NCBI GenBank assembly: GCA_027621385.1 | Contig: JAQCBQ010000002.1 | Coordinates: 1-37,395, forward strand | Direction: 5' to 3' | DNA length: 37,395 nt | From: Bacteroidota bacterium | Lineage (GTDB): Bacteria > Bacteroidota > Bacteroidia > CAIKAF01 | Part shown: piece by piece, positions 8,630 through 18,023 of the stretch | Position numbering within the stretch: the first letter of the stretch is position 1 | How the letters are laid out: each line of letters opens with the position of its first letter | Position numbers and translations under genes: made by a program | The notes under the pieces: model-generated | What the model was told of the DNA's origin: nothing | Seen by the model: only the letters and a program-made list of their open reading frames with translations | Databases searched by the model: none

Positions 8630-11458
8630 ATGAACCCAAGCTCAGCTCCTAAAAAATTAGTGTTGATTGACGGCTATGCCATGGTCTATCGGGCATATTT
8701 CGCATTTATTAAAAACCCCAGGGTAAATTCGAAAGGCGAGAACACCTCTGCAGCATTTGGATTCACAAACCTGTTGAACGATTTACGGAAAAAGTTAAGC
8801 CCTACCCATTTGGCCGTGGTGTTCGATCCCGCTGAAGATCATGGCGAACGTGCAGAAATTTTTCCGGAGTATAAAGCCCACCGAGAGGCCATGCCGGAAG
8901 ATTTACGAAGTTCCCTGCCCCATATCGTATCTATTTAATACGTGGCCAAGGCCGAGTTCGTTCAAGTTGAAGGCTTTGAAGCAGATGATGTTATCGGAAC
9001 CCTCGCCGTTCAAGCTGAAAATCAGGGGTTTGAAACCTACATGGTGACCAGCGATAAGGATTATGGACAATTGGTTTCTGAAAAGCGACTTTGGTATAGG
9101 CCAGGCAGGATGGGAAGTCCAGATCAAATTCTAGGCCCGGCGGAAGTCTGCGAGAAGTTCCAGGTAGATCACCCCCTTAAGGTTATTGATTTGCTCGGTT
9201 TGATGGGAGATAGCGCAGATAACATTCCGGGAATACCCGGAGTAGGAGAAAAAACCGCCGTAAAATTATTGGCGGAGTACGGAACGGTAGAGGGGGTTTT
9301 AGCCAAGCAGAATGACGTGTCAGGCAAATTGGGGGAGCGCATTCGTGAGCATGCTGGTTTGGCTTTAATTTCAAAAAAGCTAGCCACCATTGTACTTGAT
9401 GTGCCCCTAGAATGGGATGAATCTGATTTGGAATGCAAAGCCCCAGATGCAGAAGAGCTTTCAAGGGTCTTTGCAGAATTGGAGTTTAGAAATCTCGCCG
9501 AACGCATGTTAGGCCCTTCTTCTCTTCCTGCTCAGGCAGCTTCCGCTCCGGTCCAATCGACCGCAAAACCCCAAGATTTGTTCAGCTATCAGGAGGCATG
9601 GGATGTAAGCCCCGTTGCCCTTCCTACGGAAGTTCCTGTTCAATTGAATACCCTTGAGAGCAAGCCACATCAGTACTTTGTTGTTCAAGATGCATTGTGG
9701 CGGGCCGATTTGCTTGCCGAATTGCTTCAGCAGTCTAGTATAACCATCGATACCGAGACCACAGATATAGACCCGCTAAAAGCAGAGTTGGTTGGTCTTG
9801 TTTTTTCTTTTCGGGTTGGGCAGGCCTACTATTTGCCTATGCCCCGGGAAAGGGCTGAATCATTAACACTGTTGGCCGATTTTGACCCCTTATGGAAACG
9901 GTCAGACATTGAATGGATTGGTCAAAACATCAAGTACGACCTGTTGGTTTTGAGGAACTACGATATACACCTCTCAGGGCGATTGTTCGATACCATGCTG
10001 GCTCATTACCTAATGGAACCAGAGTTGCGGCACAATTTGGATTTTATGGCTCGGACGTATTTGGGCTACGAAACCATCCCTACCGAAGCCCTGCTTGGCC
10101 CCAAAGGGAAGCAGCAAAAAAACATGCGCGATATACCTGTTGAACGGGTGGCCGACTACGCTTGTGAAGATGCTGATATAACCTTACAATTGGCTCTTCA
10201 TTTTAAGCCTTTGTTAGAGAAGGCAGGAGTTCAGTACCTGTTCGACGAAGTGGAAATGCCCTTGCTGCCTGTTTTGGCTGACATGGAATGGGAAGGGATA
10301 AATATTGATTCCGGTCGACTGGCGGAATTGAGTGCCAGTTTCGGCCAGCAAATTGAATTTGAAGATCGGACCATCCAAGAGATGGCAGGGACGAACTTCA
10401 ATACAGCTTCCCCAAAGCAACTGGGAGAAGTTTTGTTTGACCATTTAAAGTTGGATGCCAAAGCCAAGAAAACCCGTACAGGACAATACTCTACCAATGA
10501 GGAAACACTAAAGAAGTTAGAAGGGAAGCACCCCATTATAGAACATATATTTGAGCTGAGGGAATTGCAAAAGCTAAAGGGGACATATTTGGACGCGCTT
10601 CCTGAGCTACGGCTTCCAAGAACCGGAAGGGTGCACACCAACTTTAATCAGGCGGTGGCAGCTACGGGTCGCCTAAGTTCCAATAATCCCAATTTGCAAA
10701 ACATTCCCAATCGAACGGCAAGAGGTAGGGAAATCCGAACGGCCTTTGTGCCTAGGTCTTCTGATTTTCGATTGGTATCTGCTGACTACAGTCAAGTTGA
10801 ACTCAGGTTGATTGCTGAGCTGAGCGGAGAAGAGCAGATGAAAGAGGCCTTTCGGCAGGGACAGGACATTCATGCCGCTACGGCAGCCCGCATTTTTTCG
10901 GTTGCGTTGAATGAGGTGGATAAAACCATGCGCAGCAAGGCCAAGATGGTCAATTTTGGAATTATTTATGGAATCTCGGCCTTTGGCTTGGCGCAACGAT
11001 TGGGCATTCCGCGTTCAGAGGCCGCAGAAATCATCTCGGCCTATGTGGCTACCTATCCCGGGATTCGTGAGTATATGGATTCTCAAGTGGCATTTGCCCG
11101 CAATCACGGGTATGTAGAAACCCTAATGGGGAGACGGCGTTATTTGCGTGATATTACCTCTGCCAATCAGACCGTTCGTGGATTTGCGGAACGCAACGCC
11201 ATCAATGCTCCGATTCAAGGTTCGGCGGCCGACATCATTAAATTGGCCATGATTCGCATACAGCATGCCATTCAGACGGAAGGCCTGCAAAGCCGTTTGG
11301 TGCTTCAGGTGCACGATGAATTGGTGTTTGATACCCACCTATCAGAACTGGAGCGGATCGTTGAATTGGCGAAGCACCACATGCCGGCAGCCTACCCTCT
11401 TTCGGTGCCCTTAGAAGTAGAGGTGGGTGTTGGAATGAACTGGCTTGAAGCGCATTGA
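8630..11458 (+). pseudogene. polA: DNA polymerase I interrupted by one in-frame TAA (8936-8938). Track ORFs 8630..8938 and 8942..11458 are in the same frame.
   Basis: The N-terminal piece is the start of the 5'-nuclease domain (LIDGYAMVYRAYFA). The sequence continues colinearly after the stop (...PHIVSI*YVAKAEFVQVEGFEADDVIGTLA...SDKDYGQL). The 3'-5' exonuclease-like region and polymerase motifs follow (RVHTNFNQAVAATGRLSSNNPNLQNIP, DYSQVELR, QVHDELVF). The total of about 941 codons is normal for Pol I. Confidence 0.85.
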
Positions 11459-11462
11459 TGCC

Positions 11463-11840
11463 ATGCTGGGAGTTAAGGATGTGGTTTGGGTGTTTCTGGC
11501 CTGCGGCAGTGGAGGTGTTGCCCGCTTAGGGATTCAGCTACTTTGCTCTTCGTGGTTTCCTGCGGCTTGGCAGGGATGGGGGACGGTGTTGAGCAATGCC
11601 TTGGCCTGTTTTCTAGCCGGGTTGTTCAGTGGCTTTCTTGCGGGTTCAGGAACTTTGCGTTTGGCATTGCTGACCGGATTTTGCGGTGGGTTAAGCACCT
11701 TTTCAGCCTTTGCCTTGGATTATTTGCCTCTGGTTCGGGAGGGGCATTGGTCGGCTTGGGTTTTGGTTTTTGCTCAGGTGATAATGGGGTTGGTAATGGC
11801 ATGGATCGGTTTGGTTCTTGCCGATGCCATCCGAGTTTGA
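11463..11840 (+). CDS. crcB: fluoride ion channel CrcB/FluC
   Basis: ORF 11445..11840. The ATG at 11463 lies 4 nt after the polA stop. The product is about 125 aa, has four hydrophobic segments, and carries the GFCGGLSTFSAF motif typical of CrcB. Confidence 0.85.
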   Translation: MLGVKDVVWVFLACGSGGVARLGIQLLCSSWFPAAWQGWGTVLSNALACFLAGLFSGFLAGSGTLRLALLTGFCGGLSTFSAFALDYLPLVREGHWSAWVLVFAQVIMGLVMAWIGLVLADAIRV

Positions 11841-11845
11841 ATGGG

Positions 11846-13024
11846 CTAGTCGTTAGGACTTTGCTTGGGGTTATTTAAGCCTAAGGAAGAGGCCCTCAGA
11901 ATGGAGTGGGTTCCAAAACGTTCGCGCAGCTTATCCATGGTTTGGTACAGATGAATTTGGGGGCTGGGCTCATCGAAGAGTGAAAGTGTGGTTTGTCCGG
12001 TAATCCATCCGCTAAGCCGAAGGCCGATGCACCGTACTCGGCTTCGCCGTACAAACAGTGCGGACATTAAATCGCAGGCATGATCAATGAGCTGCTGATC
12101 GGAGCAGGTGTAAGGGATTTTACGCTGTTTACTGAAGGTTTGGAAATCAGAATACCGCAGTTTGACTGAAATTTCGCTGCACATTCGGTTTTGAGATCGA
12201 AGTTCCTGTCCAAGGCGTTCTGTCAATGCAATCAGATGCCTTCGGAGCTCTCGGGGATCGGCCAAATCTTGATCAAAGGTGGTTTCGGCGCTCATGGATT
12301 TTTGTTCCCGGTAGGGAGTAACGGGCAGATTGTCAATGCCTCTTGCTTTTTGGCCAATTTCAATACCGGGCTTTCCGAAGGCTTGGCCCATCCAACTGAG
12401 CGGGATTTGTTGCAGGCTTTCAATTTGAACAATGCCCATATGTTCAAGTTTGCTGGTAATGACGGGGCCGGCCATTGGGATGCTTCGAACGGGCAAGGGA
12501 GATAAGAAGCGCCTTTCTTGCCCGGCGGCAACCGCTTTACTGCCATTCGGTTTGGCTTGGCCGGTTGCAATTTTTGATACGGTTTTATTGACGGAAATTC
12601 CAAATGAAACCGGTAGGCCAAGTTCCTCGAGCATTTTTTCGCGCAGCTCCCGGGCATAGCTTAGACCTCCAAAAAACCGCTCCATACCACTTAGGTCGGC
12701 ATAAAATTCGTCGATGGATGCTTTTTCTAGGCAAGGTAGGTGCTGGTTTAGCATTTCGGTAATTTCTGCTGAGGTCTGGGAATACAATTCCATGTCGCCC
12801 CTTAGAATCAAGGCCTCAGGACAAAGGCGGCGCGCAACCGAAAGGGGCATGCCCGAGCGGATGCCCAGGGCTCTGGATTCATAGCTGCATGAGGCCACCA
12901 CGCTCCGGGCCGAATGCCCAGCGATAATGACTGCTCTGTTTTTTAAGCGGGCATCTCGGCGCTGTTCTACTGAAACAAAAAAAGAATCCATATCGATGTG
13001 AAGCACCAAAGAATCGTTTGCCAT
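11846..13024 (-). CDS. dinB: DNA polymerase IV (Y-family translesion polymerase)
   Basis: 392 aa. The N-terminus HIDMDSFFVSVE and the SIDEFYADL motif carry the catalytic acidic residues of Y-family polymerases. It converges on crcB with a 5-nt gap. Confidence 0.9.
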   Translation of the reverse strand: MANDSLVLHIDMDSFFVSVEQRRDARLKNRAVIIAGHSARSVVASCSYESRALGIRSGMPLSVARRLCPEALILRGDMELYSQTSAEITEMLNQHLPCLEKASIDEFYADLSGMERFFGGLSYARELREKMLEELGLPVSFGISVNKTVSKIATGQAKPNGSKAVAAGQERRFLSPLPVRSIPMAGPVITSKLEHMGIVQIESLQQIPLSWMGQAFGKPGIEIGQKARGIDNLPVTPYREQKSMSAETTFDQDLADPRELRRHLIALTERLGQELRSQNRMCSEISVKLRYSDFQTFSKQRKIPYTCSDQQLIDHACDLMSALFVRRSRVRCIGLRLSGWITGQTTLSLFDEPSPQIHLYQTMDKLRERFGTHSILRASSLGLNNPKQSPND

Positions 13025-13063
13025 AAAATTTGTCTATTTTACGACAACAATTTAAACAATTTG

Positions 13064-13089
13064 ATGTACATTTGTATTCAAATCATACA
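13064..13089. promoter_or_regulatory. candidate operator in the dinB / LexA-like divergent promoter region
   Basis: Perfect 8-bp palindrome ATGTACAT (13064-13071), immediately followed by TGTAT-N7-ATACA (13073-13089). A further TGTAC lies at 13142-13146. The site sits 40-65 nt from the dinB ATG and 66-90 nt from the repressor ATG. Confidence 0.35.
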
Positions 13090-13154
13090 TTTTGGTGTTT
13101 GCAATCTGCGAATGCCGGACTGGCATGACCTCACCCTAAAGTGTACCTATCGTT

Positions 13155-13961
13155 ATGGAAAATTACCTAGCAGACAACCTTAAGTTTTTGAGGCAAATGC
13201 GAAAGCAATCGCAAGAGGCATTGGCCGCTATTTTAGAAGTGAAACGCACTACCTATAGTGCCTATGAGTTGGGGAAGGCAGAGCCCAATTTGTTGACCCT
13301 CAGAAAAATTGCCGAATGGGCGCAGCTAAGTACGGACTATTTGATATCCCGTTCGCTGCGTGAAACCCCCATGTCTGTGCTGGTAGAGTGGCAAGCAATG
13401 TACAGGGCAGACGTGCACGGGAAGCACATTCGCGTAGTGGCAGTTCGGGAAGAAGAAGGAGTAGGAGGGGGGGCGGTATACGATGCTGTAAAGGTGACGG
13501 CCAGTGCCGGATATACGGCAGGGTATCACGACCGGGAATTCATTCAGGCCTTGCCTACATTTCGGATGCCCTTTCTTCGCAAACGGCTGAACGGAAGAAC
13601 GTTTCAGATTAAAGGGGATAGTATGCCGCCGGCACCCAATGGCTCTTGGGTGGCTGGTACCTACCTGGAAGACTGGAGTTTGATTCGAAATGGCATGCCT
13701 TATATTGTGGTTACACGAGAGGATGGAATCGTATTTAAGTTGGTCGAAAATCAGATTAAAGAACGGGGATGCCTACGGTTATCTTCTACCAATACCTTTT
13801 ATAAGCCCTACGACGTGCCGGTGGAACAGGTCATTGAGATTTGGGAGTTCAGCTTTTATGTGACCGAGGAATTTAGTCCGCCGGAAGATCCGGCTCAAGC
13901 GATTAATCAAGCAGTAAAGATGTTGCAAATCGAAGTTGAGAATTTGAAATCGAAGGCCTGA
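13155..13961 (+). CDS. XRE-family HTH / S24 peptidase repressor (non-canonical LexA-like, CI-type)
   Basis: 268 aa. The N-terminus has an HTH_3-type segment (QEALAAILEVKRTTYSAYELGKAEPNLLTLRKIAEWAQLS). The C-terminus has the S24 self-cleavage domain with GDSMPP (Ser nucleophile) and a downstream GIVFKL lysine. It is divergent from dinB. Confidence 0.8.
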   Translation: MENYLADNLKFLRQMRKQSQEALAAILEVKRTTYSAYELGKAEPNLLTLRKIAEWAQLSTDYLISRSLRETPMSVLVEWQAMYRADVHGKHIRVVAVREEEGVGGGAVYDAVKVTASAGYTAGYHDREFIQALPTFRMPFLRKRLNGRTFQIKGDSMPPAPNGSWVAGTYLEDWSLIRNGMPYIVVTREDGIVFKLVENQIKERGCLRLSSTNTFYKPYDVPVEQVIEIWEFSFYVTEEFSPPEDPAQAINQAVKMLQIEVENLKSKA

Positions 13962-14084
13962 TTATGCACTTTTTTTTTAATGCGTAGGTAATATATTGAT
14001 TGCAAAAGATTACCTTTAACTTAACATATCTTACCTGATTTTAAGATAATAGGTGGCATATGCAATTAAACATCAATTTTTTTT

Positions 14085-17000
14085 ATGAAAAAAATCATTA
14101 CAAAAATGAGGGCTTTTTCAGCTAAAACGTTTGCTGTAATTGCTTTTTTGTGGCTGGGCTCTGCTGCCAATGCTCAGTATTGTGTGCCCGTTGGAGATTG
14201 TGCGTTCGGTGATGAAATATTGAATTTCACACTGAATACCATCAACAACAATTCGCTGTGCCAAGGTGGATATTCCGACTTCAGCAGCAGCATCAGTACT
14301 ACCCTGAATGCCAGTGTCCCATATCCCTATTCGGCCACGTTTGGTTATACCTCTCAAGGCTTGGGTTTGTGGCTGGACATCAATCAGGATGGCGATTTTG
14401 ATGACGCCGGTGAGTTTATCTCCTCTGTGCCTTTTGTCTCCGGAGCAACCTTCGCCAGCGGTACCTTGACCATTCCCGGAACAGTCAATTCAGGTACTTA
14501 TCGCCTTCGCGTGAGGAACTGGTGGAATAATAATTTTCTTGGTTTGCCGGGTGAATCCTGTCAAACTGTTTCCTATGGCGAAACAGAAGATTACACCGTC
14601 ATTGTGGTCAACAATGCATGTACTGCTCCCCCTACGCCCGGTGTGGCCGATGCTCCATCCTCAATATGTGCCGGTGTTAACTTCAATGTAAGTTTGACCG
14701 GAAATTCAATGGGCAATGGCCAAACCTATCAATGGCAATCTTCTGCCAATGGAACCACATGGGCAGATATCTTAGGAGCGACAAATATCAATTTAACTAC
14801 ATCCGCTAATTCACCAACGTATTACCGTTGTGTAGTAACCTGCTCAGGCCAGTCTGATACCTCTGCTGCCGACTTTTTAGCTACCATTATCCCAGCCAAT
14901 ATTTGCAATGCCTGCGTTTCATCGGCTTCATTCAATGGAGATACCTATATCGAAGGAGTTCAATTGGGTAGCATCAATACCAACAGTACCCTTTGTGCCA
15001 ACTACACCAACAATACCAGCTTATCTACGGTAGTTATTAAAGGTGGAAGTTATTCTGGATCTATCATCCACGGCGATTGCGATGGCGGTTCAGCCTATCA
15101 ACGTGGAGTTTTGGTCTGGGTGGATTGGAATGCCAATGGTGATTTTACCGATCCGGGTGAGCAACTGATGTCCATCTCTTCTCCAGGCGTATTTAGCCAA
15201 GCTGAACCATTGACATTTACTGTTCCTGCGAATATTCCTTCGGGACCAGTTTTGATGAGGGTTATTGCCTCTGAGGACGATGTAACAACACCTCCTTGCG
15301 GCAATTATAGTTATGGTGAAACCGAAGATTATATTTTGATTGTGGCCGATCCCCCCTTTAATGATGCAGGTATTGCCCAATTGATCTCACCCTCAACCAA
15401 CCTCTGTTTTGTTTCCGACACCATTGTTGTTCGGTTGGAAAACGTAGGTCAGGTTGCTCTTACCTCATGCCAGTTCAACGTATCTGTGAATGGCGGAGCG
15501 GCTCAAACCTTCAATTGGACTGGAAACATCGGTCCCAATACCGCTCAAAACGTATTTGTTGGAAGCACAGTGTTGAACGATGGAGATTTCTTGAAAGTGT
15601 GGACCAGTCTGCCAAACGGAGTTCAAGATTCGTTGAACTTCAATGACACACTGCAACAAAACGTGTATCAATCCATGACGGGCATTTATACCATTGGAGG
15701 AAATGCTCCTGATTTTACTACCATCAACGATGCGCTTACCGCCCTTCAGGGTCGTGGAGCCTGCGGTGACGTTACGTTAAATGTGCGTTCCGGAACCTAT
15801 GCCGAGCAAATGAAGCTGGAAACGTTCCAAGGAAACAGCTCAGTTCAAGTGGTTCTTCAATCTGAAGTGCAAGACGCCGATTCGGTACGGATCGAATTTT
15901 CTGCGAACTCGCTCGCATCCAATTACGTAGCTTGGTTTGAATCGGTGGAAAATTTCACCATCAATGAAGTGACTTTAGCTGCTACAGGTTTCACCTATTC
16001 TACTACTACTCTTTTGAGTGGTTTAGGAAAGAACAATACCATTCAGAATTCAACCATTATCGGTGATACCCTAGCTACATTTGATAGCAACAACTCATTT
16101 AACATTAAGTCATTGGTGGACAACGACAACAACTTTAGCCTGTTGAACAATACCATTTTGGGAGGTTCTAGGGCGGTAAGTTTGTCTGGAACATCCGCTG
16201 CCGATCCAGAAAAGGGAATGCGCATCATTGGTAATACCATTGAGAAATTCTACTTCGTGGGCATTGGTCTATTCAATCAGGAAAATCCAACTGTTGAAGG
16301 CAATACAATCATCGGAAGCGGAAGCAATGCGAATGTATTTCGTATCTATTTCAATACGGTGTACAATGGGGCTAGTGTTAATGGAAATAGAGTGGGCGGT
16401 TCCAACGGTGGTTTTGGTATAAATATGGATGGAGTTAGCGGAAGCTTAACCAATCCAGCCGTTGTTTCAAACAACTTTATTCATATGGGTGATTCGTTGA
16501 GTGCTCAGAATTCTGAGGCCATTTATATTCAAAACGGATCTAATCTTTTGAATGTGTATCACAACAGTGTTGCGGTGTATTCTCAAACCACCGGAACCGC
16601 CGGATTGACTATTGGAACGGGTGCCAACGTTGACATCAACATTCAAAACAACATCATTGCCCACTACGGTCAAGGTGCTGCCTACGAAATTGATGGTTCT
16701 TTGAGCATTGCCACTTCCAACAACAATGATTTGTTTGTGGCCAACGGACCTTTGGCCAGGTATGCGGGAACCCCATACGCCGATTTGACCTCGTTTAATG
16801 CCGGTACCGGTCACGATGCCAATTCAATTTCAGTGGATCCACTTTTCACCAATCTTGATATGCATACTTGTTTGTCTGATTTTGACAATGCAGGGGCAGC
16901 CGTAGGCGTTATGAATGATATTGACGGAGATACACGCAACGCCCAAACTCCAGACATGGGAGCAGATGAATATGTATTGGCTTCTACCTTTACGTTGGGT

Positions 17001-17690
17001 AATGACATTTACAAGTGTTCTGCCGATAGCGTTGAACTTGGCGCTGAGGTTATTTTAGATGGCACCTATTACTGGAGCACGTTCAGCAACGATCCTTCCA
17101 TATTTGTAACCACGCCCGGTGAGTATAGCCTTACTTTGGTAACCAACTGCGGTACTGTAGATGATACCATTGAAGTCTTCAATATTGCTGCACCAGTTGC
17201 AAACTTTAGCAGTACCAACAGTTTCTACACCTATGTGTTTACCAATACCTCCAGCAATGCTACCACGTACAGTTGGGATTTTGGTGATGGAAACACCTCC
17301 ACTGACCCCAATCCGTTGCACATTTATGCCGCCGATGGCAACTACACGGTGACCTTAACCGCAACGAACTCTTGTGGAGAAACAAGCACCAAAACCTTGC
17401 AGGTTAATGTGAATGTTACTTCTATAGAAGAAGCAGGTCAGTTGGCAGTGGATGTATACCCTAACCCCACATCAGGCATGACAACGGTACATATTGAAGG
17501 GTTGAATGTCCAAGATCTTCACCTGAAATTAATGGATTTGGCTGGCCGGGTCTTGATTTCAAAAACCATTTCAGGTCAAGCCGGTACTTTTGAGGCTGCT
17601 CTCAATTTGAGCAAGTTTGCTTCAGGAGTTTATGTTGTACGGATTGAAAGTGATACCTTCTCTGCTGTACAGCGTATTGTTCGCCGATAG
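14085..17690 (+). CDS. large secreted surface protein: two GEVED domains, beta-helix-like repeat region, PKD domain, T9SS type A C-terminal sorting domain
   Basis: 1201 aa with signal peptide ...FLWLGSAANAQ. YGETEDY(T/I) motifs occur twice (GEVED domain). There is an N/G/S/T-rich repeat core and a PKD-like segment (YSWDFGDGNTSTDPNPLHIYAADGNYTVTLTATNSCG). The C-terminus VDVYPNPTSG...GVYVVRI matches the Por secretion CTD. Confidence 0.8.
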   Translation: MKKIITKMRAFSAKTFAVIAFLWLGSAANAQYCVPVGDCAFGDEILNFTLNTINNNSLCQGGYSDFSSSISTTLNASVPYPYSATFGYTSQGLGLWLDINQDGDFDDAGEFISSVPFVSGATFASGTLTIPGTVNSGTYRLRVRNWWNNNFLGLPGESCQTVSYGETEDYTVIVVNNACTAPPTPGVADAPSSICAGVNFNVSLTGNSMGNGQTYQWQSSANGTTWADILGATNINLTTSANSPTYYRCVVTCSGQSDTSAADFLATIIPANICNACVSSASFNGDTYIEGVQLGSINTNSTLCANYTNNTSLSTVVIKGGSYSGSIIHGDCDGGSAYQRGVLVWVDWNANGDFTDPGEQLMSISSPGVFSQAEPLTFTVPANIPSGPVLMRVIASEDDVTTPPCGNYSYGETEDYILIVADPPFNDAGIAQLISPSTNLCFVSDTIVVRLENVGQVALTSCQFNVSVNGGAAQTFNWTGNIGPNTAQNVFVGSTVLNDGDFLKVWTSLPNGVQDSLNFNDTLQQNVYQSMTGIYTIGGNAPDFTTINDALTALQGRGACGDVTLNVRSGTYAEQMKLETFQGNSSVQVVLQSEVQDADSVRIEFSANSLASNYVAWFESVENFTINEVTLAATGFTYSTTTLLSGLGKNNTIQNSTIIGDTLATFDSNNSFNIKSLVDNDNNFSLLNNTILGGSRAVSLSGTSAADPEKGMRIIGNTIEKFYFVGIGLFNQENPTVEGNTIIGSGSNANVFRIYFNTVYNGASVNGNRVGGSNGGFGINMDGVSGSLTNPAVVSNNFIHMGDSLSAQNSEAIYIQNGSNLLNVYHNSVAVYSQTTGTAGLTIGTGANVDINIQNNIIAHYGQGAAYEIDGSLSIATSNNNDLFVANGPLARYAGTPYADLTSFNAGTGHDANSISVDPLFTNLDMHTCLSDFDNAGAAVGVMNDIDGDTRNAQTPDMGADEYVLASTFTLGNDIYKCSADSVELGAEVILDGTYYWSTFSNDPSIFVTTPGEYSLTLVTNCGTVDDTIEVFNIAAPVANFSSTNSFYTYVFTNTSSNATTYSWDFGDGNTSTDPNPLHIYAADGNYTVTLTATNSCGETSTKTLQVNVNVTSIEEAGQLAVDVYPNPTSGMTTVHIEGLNVQDLHLKLMDLAGRVLISKTISGQAGTFEAALNLSKFASGVYVVRIESDTFSAVQRIVRR

Positions 17691-17711
17691 ATTTAACTAA
17701 CCTGATTAAAA

Positions 17712-17749
17712 AGGGTAAAGCGCTTGTCGCTTTACCCTTTTTTGTTTTA
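17712..17749 (+). terminator. rho-independent terminator of the 1201-aa gene
   Basis: Perfect stem AGGGTAAAGCG / CGCTTTACCCT (17712-17738) with a CTTGT loop, followed by TTTTTTGTTTT. Confidence 0.8.
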
Positions 17750-17794
17750 TGTGCTGTTCAACACCTTGCCTATGGAATTTCGGATGGACTTTGG

Positions 17795-17980
17795 GTTTTA
17801 CGTCGCCTGCGGCCCGGATGGAGCCGGCACCGCGGGCGTGAACGGGGCCGCTGGACCATGCATGGAAAGGCGACCAGCGGAAGCCATTTCCATGCCCGGT
17901 CCAGCCCCCGTTCACAACCAAGGTACAGGTGACAGCCGGATTAGCCGCCCTCATTATTCCAATACGAATGACTATTGGTG
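17795..17980 (-). repeat. GC-rich structured intergenic element, copy 4 (minus orientation, most diverged)
   Basis: The reverse complement reads GAGGGCGGCTAATCCGGCTGTCACCTGTAC, then its own complementary arms (GTGAACGGGGGCTGGACCGGGCATGGAA / TTCCATGCATGGTCCAGCGGCCCCGTTCAC) around the apical TGGCTTCCGCTGGTCGCC, then TGCCGGCTCCATCCGGGCCGCAG. Confidence 0.65.
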
Positions 17981-17996
17981 AATTCGAAAAAGAATG

Positions 17997-18004
17997 TAAA
18001 TTTG
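17997..18004 (+). promoter_or_regulatory. candidate -7 box TAAATTTG for the 495-aa gene
   Basis: Exact TAnnTTTG match 19 nt upstream of the ATG at 18024. Confidence 0.35.
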
Positions 18005-18023
18005 ATAATATTAACCCAATTTT

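Noticed and set aside
8841-9047. An alternative-frame ORF spans the polA interruption, suggesting a frameshift.
   Set aside because: The polA homology continues in the same frame on both sides of the TAA with correct motif spacing. The defect is therefore a nonsense codon, and the other-frame ORF is incidental.
10231-10641. Antisense or out-of-frame ORFs of 60-140 aa inside long genes, for example 859..1197, 9169..9507, 10231..10641, 11486..11878, 12292..12657, 16467..16814, 21526..21948, 27612..28037 and 33066..33440.
   Set aside because: They are shadow ORFs nested in confidently identified genes, with low-complexity or unusual composition and no recognisable motifs.
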